Shown one piece after another: positions 15,821-24,212 of a stretch of 51,809 nucleotides of DNA. Made by a program: the position numbers and the translations under genes. Source of the DNA: an uncultured Candidatus Saccharibacteria bacterium (GTDB lineage Bacteria > Patescibacteriota > Minisyncoccia > Minisyncoccales > GWA2-38-27); assembly GCA_964469955.1 (NCBI GenBank), contig CAYXZK010000021.1, forward strand, positions 1 through 51,809, read 5' to 3'. Numbering within the stretch: position 1 is the stretch's first letter; every line of letters begins with the position of its first letter. The notes below the pieces were generated by a model, which did no database searches, was not told where the DNA came from, and saw nothing but the letters and a program-made list of their open reading frames with translations.

Positions 15821-18793
15821 TTATTTAGCAAAATCACAAATATCTCTAAAATCGCAAAACTGACATTGCCAACCAGGATTTGGTTTAAAATCACTTTGCC
15901 TAATTTTTTCAATCTCTTTTAATATTTTTTCTTTTTGTTGTTTTTTCTCTTGAACGCTCCCCAAAAAAGAAACTATTTTTCCTTCTTCTAAATAATAGTA
16001 ACCAAGTTCTGTTGGTTTTAAGCCAAAAATATCTTCAAGCGCAATTTGGTAAATTAAAAGTTGTTGTTTGTCTTTTGGCAATAATTTTTCTTTAAAGGCG
16101 CCTGTTTTGTAATCAATAATTCTCGCGCCATTCTTTAATTTATCTATTCTATCTATTCTTCCAAAAAGAATGTATTTCCCTATTTTTAGTTTAAAAGGCA
16201 ACTCTAAAGCTATTTTTCCATTAACTTTTAAAATACTGGGCTTATCTTCTAAGAATTTTTCATAAAAATTTTTAAGTATTTTTTTTCCTAATTTATGGTA
16301 TTCTTTTTTTTGGCTTTGGGACTCGTACCATTCGTCAATCCACTCTTTTTCATATATTTCAATCAAATCTTCAAAACCGTAAGCGCTAAAAAGTTCCTTA
16401 GCGTTAATCTGCTTAATTTCTTTATTTTTTTCTTCCTTAAGTTTAAACAAATTATTCTGGTTTGTTTCTTTCTGTCCGTTAACTAATTTTAAAAATTCGT
16501 ATAAAGTATTATGAATTGTTTTTCCGAAAGAGAAAACTGCTTTCCCTTTGGTTGGCACTTTATAAATATATGCAAACTTATACTGCAAAGGACATTTTTC
16601 GAAAGCCGCTAATTGAGAAAAAGAAAAATGAGAAGGCAAGACTATTCCCTGTTTAGTTCTGTTTTTAATCAGATCATTCGCAGGTGTTAAGTTTTTAAAA
16701 ATTTCTTGTTGTTTACTCCTATTGTTTAATTTACTGCCTATTACTTCTTCTTTTTTAACAAAACCTGTTTCGACCAAAAACCTTGACGGTTTTTTATTTC
16801 TTAACCCACCATAATCATCAGCCGAAGTAAAGAATAATTTTTCTTGCGCTCTTGTCATTGCAACATAGAAAAGTCGCCTTTCTTCTTCTAAATAAACATC
16901 ACCTTTAGGGATAATTTCTTTTGTTAGCTCTAACGGGATCTCAATCGGTTCTTTGCGTTGAATGGTTGGAAACCTTTTATCAACTAAATTAACTAAAAAA
17001 ACATATTTAAATTCTAATCCTTTGGCAGAATGAATAGTCATAATCCTAATCATGTCAAGCCCTTGCTCAAGCTCAAATTTTAATTTACCCTGTTGGCCTG
17101 ATTCTATTTCTAAGTTTATTTGTTCTATAAAATTTTTAATAGTTGGGTAAATTACAGTTTCCTCAAATTCTTTTATTTTTTTATAGAATTGATTAATTAA
17201 ATCAAGTTTTTGTTGAGCATCTTTCTTAATTAAATAATTTAAATATCCAGAATCTTTTAAAAAGGAAATCAGGATTTCTGAAAGTTGTTTATGGCGCGTT
17301 AATTTAAGATGTTTTTCAATCAAACTTAAGATAAAAGAAATTTTACTCCGTGCTTTTTCGGAAACATCTTGAATTAAAGGAAGTTCCTCTAATCCTTGAT
17401 AGATTGTTTTTGTTTTTCGAGAACAATATTGGGTAATCTTCATTATATCGTTTGAACTAATTTCCAAAAAAGGCATATTTAAAATTCGATATACCGAAGA
17501 ACTCTCCTCATTATTGTCTAAAATTTTAAAGTAAGAAATAATATCTAAAATAATAGGTTTAGAATAAAGACCTTCAGAAGCTAAAAATTGATACGGGAAA
17601 CCAGCTCTCGTTAACGCTCCGATAAATGGGTTTGCGGTTTGATTTGCTCGAATCAAAATCGCGAAATCGCTAAAATTTGATTCAATGTTTTGTTCAAGAA
17701 TTTCAGCGATTTTATTAATCACTCCTTGAGCTTCTTCGTCAGAATCTTTAAAGCGAAGATATTCAATAACGCCTTTTTCTTTTTTAGAAGCAATTAGCTT
17801 TTTGTTAATTTTACTAATATATTCAAGCCGATTTGGATTATTGGCTTGAATAAATTCATAAGAAAGATCTAAAATATTCTGTGGAGAACGATAGTTTGTA
17901 ATCAAAGAGATCTCTTTTGTCTTGGGAAAATCTTTTTTGAATTGGATAATATTATTAAAAGACGCTCCTCTAAACTTATAAATGGATTGATCGTCATCAC
18001 TTGAAACCGTTAAATTATTTTTTGGAAAAGCTAAGATTTTTGCCAATTCGTATTGCGCCCAATTAGTATCTTGAAATTCATCAATTAAAATATGTTTAAA
18101 CTTTTCTCTATATTTTTTTAGAATCAATGGCCTCTTTTGAAAAAGTCTTAAAGTGTAATTGATTAAATCTCCAAAATCTAAAAAATTGTTTTCTAAAAGC
18201 AATTTTTGATAAATATGATATGCATTCGCGACCTCTTTAATTCTTTCTGCTTCCTGATTTTCCGGTAAATCCGTAAGATTGGTTTTTAGTCTATCGCTGT
18301 ATTCCAAATAATCTTCAGGAGATATATTTTGGTCTTTGCAACGAGAAAAATGAGAAATTAACGCGGATATAAATTTAGTTTGCCTTCCTAGTGGCCTGTA
18401 ATAATTAAATTGAAACTTATCTAGGTTTTGTTTAACAAAAAGCCACGCGCTTGTTTGGTCTAATAATTTAAAATCGGTTGACAATCCAATATCCAAGCCA
18501 TGTTCTTTTAGAATCCTTTCGCAAAAAGAATGGAAAGTAGAAATCCATAAATCCATATATCCATAATCCAAAAGACCATCTACCCTTTCTTCCATTTCTG
18601 TCGCGGCTTTATCGGTAAAAGTTAGAGCTAAAATTTCTTCTGCTGCAGCTCTTTTGTTTTTGATTAAATAAGCAATGCGTTCAGTAATAACCGCTGTTTT
18701 ACCAGTACCTGCGCCCGCAACAAGCAAAAGCGGCCCCTCTCCAAAAGTAACTGTTTGTTTTTGTTCTTCATTTAATCTTTTTTTAGCATCCAT
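15821..18793 (-). CDS. UvrD/PcrA-like superfamily 1 helicase fused to C-terminal PD-(D/E)XK (Cas4/AddB-type, Fe-S) nuclease
   Basis: Walker A (AGAGTGKT), motif II (LIDEFQDTNW), nuclease motif (GRIDRID...IIDYKTG), and cysteines C...CQFCDFRDIC (C-x2-C-x5-C). Confidence 0.85.
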   Translation of the reverse strand: MDAKKRLNEEQKQTVTFGEGPLLLVAGAGTGKTAVITERIAYLIKNKRAAAEEILALTFTDKAATEMEERVDGLLDYGYMDLWISTFHSFCERILKEHGLDIGLSTDFKLLDQTSAWLFVKQNLDKFQFNYYRPLGRQTKFISALISHFSRCKDQNISPEDYLEYSDRLKTNLTDLPENQEAERIKEVANAYHIYQKLLLENNFLDFGDLINYTLRLFQKRPLILKKYREKFKHILIDEFQDTNWAQYELAKILAFPKNNLTVSSDDDQSIYKFRGASFNNIIQFKKDFPKTKEISLITNYRSPQNILDLSYEFIQANNPNRLEYISKINKKLIASKKEKGVIEYLRFKDSDEEAQGVINKIAEILEQNIESNFSDFAILIRANQTANPFIGALTRAGFPYQFLASEGLYSKPIILDIISYFKILDNNEESSSVYRILNMPFLEISSNDIMKITQYCSRKTKTIYQGLEELPLIQDVSEKARSKISFILSLIEKHLKLTRHKQLSEILISFLKDSGYLNYLIKKDAQQKLDLINQFYKKIKEFEETVIYPTIKNFIEQINLEIESGQQGKLKFELEQGLDMIRIMTIHSAKGLEFKYVFLVNLVDKRFPTIQRKEPIEIPLELTKEIIPKGDVYLEEERRLFYVAMTRAQEKLFFTSADDYGGLRNKKPSRFLVETGFVKKEEVIGSKLNNRSKQQEIFKNLTPANDLIKNRTKQGIVLPSHFSFSQLAAFEKCPLQYKFAYIYKVPTKGKAVFSFGKTIHNTLYEFLKLVNGQKETNQNNLFKLKEEKNKEIKQINAKELFSAYGFEDLIEIYEKEWIDEWYESQSQKKEYHKLGKKILKNFYEKFLEDKPSILKVNGKIALELPFKLKIGKYILFGRIDRIDKLKNGARIIDYKTGAFKEKLLPKDKQQLLIYQIALEDIFGLKPTELGYYYLEEGKIVSFLGSVQEKKQQKEKILKEIEKIRQSDFKPNPGWQCQFCDFRDICDFAK

Positions 18794-18799
18794 TAAATC

Positions 18800-18808
18800 A
18801 TCTTATCA
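18800..18808 (-). promoter_or_regulatory. Extended -10 promoter (TGATAAGAT) for the helicase gene; predicts a leaderless mRNA
   Basis: The minus strand reads TTTGATAAGAT-GATTTA-ATG, leaving 6 nt between the -10 and the start codon. Confidence 0.5.
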
Positions 18809-18852
18809 AATTTCTTAAATAAGAAAAGCTAATTAACTTGGAAACCAAAAAA

Positions 18853-18976
18853 CATAGTCGGCCATGCATAGTTGGCCATGCGATGGCCAACCACCAACCG
18901 TTGGCCATGCATAGTCGGCCATGCGATGGCCAACCACCAACCTTCGGCCATACGATGGCCAACCATTTGGCCAATC
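18853..18976. repeat. REP-like palindrome cluster 2 (two ~43-nt higher-order units plus a third partial)
   Basis: Perfect palindrome at 18871-18891. Variants are GTCGGCCATGCGATGGCCAAC at 18914-18934 and CTTCGGCCATACGATGGCCAACC at 18942-18963. Confidence 0.9.
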
Positions 18977-18995
18977 ATTTTGACATATAAAAAGG

Positions 18996-19019
18996 AGGTT
19001 GGCTTTTTAAAGCCAACCT
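18996..19019 (-). terminator. Intrinsic terminator after the 84-aa ORF
   Basis: AGGTTGGCT/AGCCAACCT form a 9-bp stem with a 6-nt loop. On the minus strand this is followed by CCTTTTTAT. Confidence 0.6.
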
Positions 19020-19026
19020 TTGAATT

Positions 19027-19281
19027 TTAATTTACGAAAGCCCAGTGTCCAATGGGCGCTTCCCAAGATAGACACAAATCCTTATCTGTGTCAGTCTCAA
19101 GAATAAAATTTATCGTTAAGACGCCCCTCTTATTGAAATAAATCAAGAATCTCAATTTCCAATTTAATGGAAGTCCCCCTGTTTCCTCTTTGATTTGCTG
19201 GTAAATATAGTATATCTCTTCCCCCATAATTTCGATACCGTCTTTAACGTAATTAGACACCATTAGATTTTCTATGTTCAT
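19027..19281 (-). CDS. Small hypothetical protein (84 aa)
   Basis: Strong SD (AAAAGGAGGAGTGGC-ATG), an upstream TTGACA promoter, and a downstream terminator. No family recognised. Confidence 0.6.
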   Translation of the reverse strand: MNIENLMVSNYVKDGIEIMGEEIYYIYQQIKEETGGLPLNWKLRFLIYFNKRGVLTINFILETDTDKDLCLSWEAPIGHWAFVN

Positions 19282-19319
19282 GCCACTCCTCCTTTTATTG
19301 TTAATATGCTTTAAATAAT

Positions 19320-19347
19320 ACTTTATCTATTTTTTAGAATTTGTCAA
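19320..19347 (-). promoter_or_regulatory. Sigma70-like promoter for the 84-aa ORF
   Basis: Minus strand TTGACA (19347-19342), a 16-nt spacer, then TAAAGT. Confidence 0.45.
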
Positions 19348-19364
19348 AAAACCGTAGAAAAAAA

Positions 19365-19387
19365 CTGCGGAAGCTTAATTTCCGCAG
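19365..19387 (-). terminator. Intrinsic terminator after the UPF0182 gene
   Basis: CTGCGGAA/TTCCGCAG form an 8-bp stem with a 7-nt loop, followed on the minus strand by TTTTTTT. Confidence 0.75.
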
Positions 19388-19472
19388 TCTCTTGGTCTCC
19401 GTAGACCTTTCTTAATTTTTAGGAATTTAAAAAATTTAAAAAATATTTAAAAATCTAAAAGATTATTTTCTT

Positions 19473-22193
19473 TTATTTTAATTTTTCAAGAATTTTGCCT
19501 AATTCTTTGATTTTTTGGCCATAGAGAGCCCAATCGCCTTGTTGTTGCGCTTGCAATGCTTGCTCGTAATACCGATTTGCTTGAAGAATAAGCTCTTCTT
19601 TGTTTATAGAGGGAGTTTCTGCTTCTTGCTCTGGCTTATCTATTTCGTTTTCAAAAATTTTATTCAGAGCTTTTTCTAAAGTTTCTTCCATAGCAATCTG
19701 ATTTTCAGAAACCACTATAACTCTTTTAAGTTCTGGTATCTTGCCCCCTTCCGCTCTGATGTATAAAGGCCTAATATATAAAATAGATTCTTCTATAGGA
19801 ATAACTAATAATTGACCAAGGTTAACTTCCGAACCGCGTTGATCCCACAGAGAAATTTGTCTAGATATTTCTGGATCTTGATTAATCCTATTAATAATCT
19901 GATTAGGTCCAAAAACTAACTTTTGTTTTGGAAAGCGATAAACTGCAAGCTTGCCATAATTATTACCGTCTGAACGAGCCACCATCCATGCCGATAGATT
20001 ATTTTTACCTTGAGGAGTAAATGGAATCATTAAAATAAATTCTTCTTTTTTTTCTCCGGGTAATTTCATTATAATATGACGTTCAACAGGGTCTTCCAAG
20101 TTTTCGGCAATTTGCGGAATCTGCCATTTATCTTCCTTGTTATAGAAAATTTGAGGTTCTTCCATATGATAAATAGCATAAAGAGAAGTCTGATACGCAA
20201 AAATATCTTCAGGGTAACGCAAATGAACTTTCAAAGTATCAGGCATTTCATTAAGAGCTAAAAAAGTATTTTTAAAAATCTTAGAATAGGTTTGGATTAA
20301 GGGATCTTCTGGTTCGGAAACATAAAACTCCATCTTTCCGTCATAGGCATCAGTCACTATCTTGACTGAATTTCTAATATAATTTATCTGTTCTGAATTT
20401 CCAATTCCTTCAGAGTAAGGATATAAATTACTAAAAGTATATCCGTCATAAATCCATTTCAAACTACCTTCATCGGTAATTACCAAATAAGGATCTTTAT
20501 CAAGTTTTATAAATGGCAAAACTTTTTGAACTCTTTCTTTGATATTTCTATAATACATTATCCTGCTTTCAGAAGTTATATCATCTGACAATAAAAGTTT
20601 AAATTCTTTAAACCTAATCGTCATTAATAGTTTTTTAAAAAATGAATCTATGGGCACGCCCCCTTGTCCCTCATAGTTGCTAAATACATTTTCTTCACCC
20701 GCAGGATAGTCAAATTCTTTAGATTTAGTTTTAACAATAACATAATCTTGAGTAAGTTTTCCAAAATATATTTCCGGACGAGTTATATTTAATGACTCTA
20801 TTGTTGAAACTGGTGGTAAATCTTTAATAAATAAAACAGGCAAACCTTCTTCTGTTACTTCGTTAACCGGACTTAATGTCAACCCATAGCCATGAGTGAA
20901 AGACAACCGTTCATTTATAAAATTCTTATTGGGAAGATTAGCGGAATTTAATTCACGCGGAGATAAAAGCGTTTGACGGTATTCTCCATCAATCATATAA
21001 CGGTCATTGCTTATTGAATTAAAATCATAATAAGTTCTGATTTCCTGCAATTGCCCGAAAGTATCTAAAAGAGGTTCTCTGTCCCAAAGTCTAACATTTT
21101 TAATCGTTGTCTGATTATTCTCAATATCTTTCATTGTCAAAGCAGTCTCTCCTGACAAGTTTTTTTCTTCTATTTCGTTAAGCTTAAACGCTTTTTGAGT
21201 AAAGGCAATATTGTTAATAATATACGGAGTTTCTTTAACTAATTCATTTGGCTTAACTATAAATCCCTGAAGGATTATAGGGTAAATCCATAGTCCTAGA
21301 ACTAAAACGACAAAATATGTTGCCACTATCCCTATTAGCATACGATAAGTTTTTCTAAATATACTTACCAAGCATATTAAAGCTGCTACGGTTAAGATAA
21401 CACTTAGTGCTTTAAGAACCGGCAAAGACGCGTTAATGTCTGTAAAACTTGCTCCTGTAAAAGGGCCTGTGTTTGAGTAAAGAAGATCTGGAATGCTAAT
21501 AAAATACGTCTTGAAAGCAATTATTAAAAAGAAAAAGAAAAGCATTGACAGAAGATGCGTTTTGGGACCTTTTTTTATTTCTTGTTTAATAATTTTGCCT
21601 TCAGAAGAATAACGAATAGGCCTATTTTTTTGACTAAGCAAAGAAAGCTCGCCTTTGCTGGCATAAATTAAAATTGTCCCAATCAAAGAGACTATAACGA
21701 TCCAAAACAAAAAACCTATGACCATTTTTAAAAACGGCAAGGTGAAGAAATAAAAAGAGATATCTCTACTAAAAATTGGATCCAAGATTCCAAAAGAAAC
21801 CGCATTCAAATACTTAAGGACTATCTCCCAATTAACAGATCCTGCTAATCCTGTCGAAAATCCGATAGTCAAAGAAAATAATATTGCTAGTTTGTTTATA
21901 TGCTTATCTAATTTTATTGGCGCTGAATCTTCTCTAGTCTTAACTAAAATGGGTTTATGCCGCGTAATTCGCAAAGCTATCTTTAGATTTAGATAAACTA
22001 AAACAAAAGTAATAAGACTTGTTATTAAACCTAATTTAATTTTAGCACTTAAAATTGTTGTAAAAATATTTTCAAATCCAATCTCTTTAAACCAAAACCA
22101 GTCGGTAATTAAATTAATTAAATTAAAAAAAACAGTCAAGCCGATAAAGATTAAAGAGAATATGATTAATAAAATAAATTTTTTGCGGTTCAT
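19473..22193 (-). CDS. UPF0182-family large polytopic membrane protein
   Basis: 906 aa. The N-terminus (ITDWFWFKEIGFENIF) followed by multiple TM helices and a large soluble C-terminal region matches the UPF0182/COG1615 layout as I recall it. Confidence 0.75.
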   Translation of the reverse strand: MNRKKFILLIIFSLIFIGLTVFFNLINLITDWFWFKEIGFENIFTTILSAKIKLGLITSLITFVLVYLNLKIALRITRHKPILVKTREDSAPIKLDKHINKLAILFSLTIGFSTGLAGSVNWEIVLKYLNAVSFGILDPIFSRDISFYFFTLPFLKMVIGFLFWIVIVSLIGTILIYASKGELSLLSQKNRPIRYSSEGKIIKQEIKKGPKTHLLSMLFFFFLIIAFKTYFISIPDLLYSNTGPFTGASFTDINASLPVLKALSVILTVAALICLVSIFRKTYRMLIGIVATYFVVLVLGLWIYPIILQGFIVKPNELVKETPYIINNIAFTQKAFKLNEIEEKNLSGETALTMKDIENNQTTIKNVRLWDREPLLDTFGQLQEIRTYYDFNSISNDRYMIDGEYRQTLLSPRELNSANLPNKNFINERLSFTHGYGLTLSPVNEVTEEGLPVLFIKDLPPVSTIESLNITRPEIYFGKLTQDYVIVKTKSKEFDYPAGEENVFSNYEGQGGVPIDSFFKKLLMTIRFKEFKLLLSDDITSESRIMYYRNIKERVQKVLPFIKLDKDPYLVITDEGSLKWIYDGYTFSNLYPYSEGIGNSEQINYIRNSVKIVTDAYDGKMEFYVSEPEDPLIQTYSKIFKNTFLALNEMPDTLKVHLRYPEDIFAYQTSLYAIYHMEEPQIFYNKEDKWQIPQIAENLEDPVERHIIMKLPGEKKEEFILMIPFTPQGKNNLSAWMVARSDGNNYGKLAVYRFPKQKLVFGPNQIINRINQDPEISRQISLWDQRGSEVNLGQLLVIPIEESILYIRPLYIRAEGGKIPELKRVIVVSENQIAMEETLEKALNKIFENEIDKPEQEAETPSINKEELILQANRYYEQALQAQQQGDWALYGQKIKELGKILEKLK

Positions 22194-22199
22194 GGTTTT

Positions 22200-22208
22200 A
22201 TTATATCA
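22200..22208 (-). promoter_or_regulatory. Extended -10 promoter (TGATATAAT) for the UPF0182 gene; predicts a leaderless mRNA
   Basis: The minus strand reads TTTGATATAAT-AAAACC-ATG, leaving 6 nt between the -10 and the start codon. Confidence 0.55.
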
Positions 22209-22233
22209 AACATAACAATAAAAGAAATACAAC

Positions 22234-22258
22234 AGCCCGATTAATCAATAATCGGGCT
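22234..22258 (-). terminator. Hairpin terminator after the small-ORF islet
   Basis: AGCCCGATTA/TAATCGGGCT form a 10-bp stem with a 5-nt loop. The U-tract is perfect on the plus strand and imperfect on the minus strand. Confidence 0.55.
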
Positions 22259-22267
22259 TTTTGGTTA

Positions 22268-22465
22268 TTAAAACCTTTGTTTAAGAAAATCAGGTCTCGG
22301 CCTATACCAAATAGGTCTATGCATTTTTTTAATGATTTCGTGTTGTTTTCTGATAGGTTTGCTGCCACCCTCTTCTTGAGACACGATAGCCTCGGCTTTT
22401 AGAATGTCTTGTGTAATTTCCTCTTTACTCCTTTTCCCGTTTTTTTCGTTGATATAATACAGCAT
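22268..22465 (-). CDS. Small hypothetical protein (65 aa)
   Basis: Strong SD (AAAAGGAGGAGGAGA-ATG). No family recognised. Confidence 0.5.
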   Translation of the reverse strand: MLYYINEKNGKRSKEEITQDILKAEAIVSQEEGGSKPIRKQHEIIKKMHRPIWYRPRPDFLKQRF

Positions 22466-22498
22466 TCTCCTCCTCCTTTTATTTAAAAATATTTATCC

Positions 22499-22765
22499 CT
22501 ACATAGTTTGTATAAACCTTGCATGCCAGAAGTCAAGATAATCTTGCGCTTTTTTGGATTTTTCGCGAATTTCTTTTTCCGAAAATTTTCTTCTTGAATC
22601 TAAAATCATTTCTAGGACGTGAGAAATTTCTACCATACCCTCTGCTTTATACCACTTCTTGTCTTGGTATATTTTCCAACAAACATCGCAAAGTCCACTA
22701 GTCGCCTCTTCTTCATAGTTGTCATTACCAATTTCTGCTCCGCAATGAAGGCATCTTATGATCAT
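22499..22765 (-). CDS. Small zinc-ribbon-like hypothetical protein (88 aa)
   Basis: CLHCG...CDVCW gives two CxxC pairs. Strong SD (AAAGGAGGGGTGAAAA-ATG). Confidence 0.55.
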   Translation of the reverse strand: MIIRCLHCGAEIGNDNYEEEATSGLCDVCWKIYQDKKWYKAEGMVEISHVLEMILDSRRKFSEKEIREKSKKAQDYLDFWHARFIQTM

Positions 22766-22801
22766 TTTTCACCCCTCCTTTCTCTAGTTAAAATTAAAAA
22801 A

Positions 22802-23230
22802 TCATAAACTGTATCCGTCCAAAGCTCTTATTAGAATGTGTCTAAATCCTTTTTTTGTTTTTTTTGAAATATCCCTCCTTTCAAAACAATTTATTTTAGC
22901 GTTATATATAAAGAAATATACTTGGTCGCGCAGTATATAAACACAAGAGAACCTATTTGTTTCCAATGAAAATCCTATACAAGCAACAGTAATTTTATGA
23001 TCTAATCTTTGAAAAAAGGCCTTATACGCATTCTTACTCTGTTCTTTAGAAATTAGCTTCCAATCCTTAAGAATGTCCATTGGATCAACTATTCCATCAT
23101 ATGAATAATCGTAATATTTTGATTTATGTCTTGCTTCAAGAAAAAGCGTTGGTGATATATATGCAGAATACCCTAACACAAAAACAATTTCTAGCACTAA
23201 CAATATCTTTATCGCTTTATTTTTCTTCAT
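22802..23230 (-). CDS. Small membrane-anchored/secreted hypothetical protein (142 aa)
   Basis: N-terminal hydrophobic segment (AIKILLVLEIVFVLGYSAYI). Strong SD (AAAGGAGGTGAATAGAA-ATG). Confidence 0.6.
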   Translation of the reverse strand: MKKNKAIKILLVLEIVFVLGYSAYISPTLFLEARHKSKYYDYSYDGIVDPMDILKDWKLISKEQSKNAYKAFFQRLDHKITVACIGFSLETNRFSCVYILRDQVYFFIYNAKINCFERRDISKKTKKGFRHILIRALDGYSL

Positions 23231-23469
23231 TTCTATTCACCTCCTTTCTGTCCAAAAAAATTATTAAGGAACTATTAAAAAATTAAATTTGTAATTTATG
23301 ATATGCCTATCTATAGAAAGAACAAGTGAATAACTAAAATTTTACCAATCTTCTTAATCTATATCGGTCTATATCAGATCAGACCCGCACACAAATCAAA
23401 TCTGTACACGGGTTTGACCTATACACCCGAACGCGACCTAACATAGCTAACTAACACAACCTGACATAA

Positions 23470-24174
23470 TTAAAACCTACCCTTTAAGTATGTTTGTCTT
23501 TTGTTTTCAGTGAATTTTTCAATTGCGTATCTTAGCATTGTGCGTGGCATTTTTTTATAATATTTTTTTAAAAATTCTTCTTCTATTTTCTGATCTCGCT
23601 TGCCTATTTCTCGCAACATCCAACCAACCGCTTTATGAATTAAGTCCTGTTTATCGTCTAAAAGTAATTGAGAAATTTTTAAAGTATCTTTAAATTGATT
23701 GTTTTTTATAAATTCAGCTGTCGCGATAATCGCGATTCTTCTTTCCCACAAAATATTTGATTTTACTAATTTATATAAAATTGATTTATCTTTTTTAAAA
23801 AAATAATCACCTATAATCTTAGGAGCCGACAAATCTACTAAATCCCAATTATTGATATATTTTGTATTTTTAAGATAAAAATTAACTATTTTTTCTTTCT
23901 CTGTTTCATCTGCTTTTTCGTAATTATCTATTAATATAAATAAAGTAGTTAAACGTTCTTCATGTATTTTGCTTTTTAAAAGTTCTTGTAAAATTTTTAG
24001 ACCTGTTCCAAAATATTTTTTAGCAATCTGACGCTGCTTTGAAACAGAAATACCTAAAAAAATATCTCCTGCTCCATACTCTCCTTTGTTTGTTTTAAAA
24101 AACCCAGCTAAAATTTTGGCCTTAGCTGGATTTTTCAATTTATCTAAATCTTTTCTTATCCTATTCAAAACCAT
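23470..24174 (-). CDS. DNA alkylation repair protein (AlkD/AlkC-like HEAT-repeat family)
   Basis: 234 aa with NNWDLVD, LWERRIAIIAT and HKAVGWMLREIGK, which are characteristic of the DNA alkylation repair enzyme family. Confidence 0.75.
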   Translation of the reverse strand: MVLNRIRKDLDKLKNPAKAKILAGFFKTNKGEYGAGDIFLGISVSKQRQIAKKYFGTGLKILQELLKSKIHEERLTTLFILIDNYEKADETEKEKIVNFYLKNTKYINNWDLVDLSAPKIIGDYFFKKDKSILYKLVKSNILWERRIAIIATAEFIKNNQFKDTLKISQLLLDDKQDLIHKAVGWMLREIGKRDQKIEEEFLKKYYKKMPRTMLRYAIEKFTENKRQTYLKGRF

Positions 24175-24212
24175 AAAGCTTGTATTTGTATTTTGTGCAT
24201 TAGTTTTAAATT

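Noticed and set aside
15702-18976. Whether the GGCCAAC-type repeat clusters are CRISPR arrays.
   Set aside because: - The repeats are 21-nt perfect palindromes packed back-to-back with half-sites.
- There are no regularly sized unique spacers.
- Both orientations occur.
- No cas genes are nearby; the Cas4-like domain is part of a UvrD-type helicase.
- A REP-type element explains them better.
23290-23470. Odd A/C-rich spacer with small hairpins (GGTCT/AGACC, CGGGT/ACCCG) and a TCTATATC direct repeat. Considered as a tRNA fragment, an att site or an sRNA.
   Set aside because: No cloverleaf, T-loop (GTTCRANYC) or anticodon arm can be drawn. The stems are only 5 bp. It resembles the general low-complexity spacers of this genome. 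I cannot support a call without database or covariation evidence.
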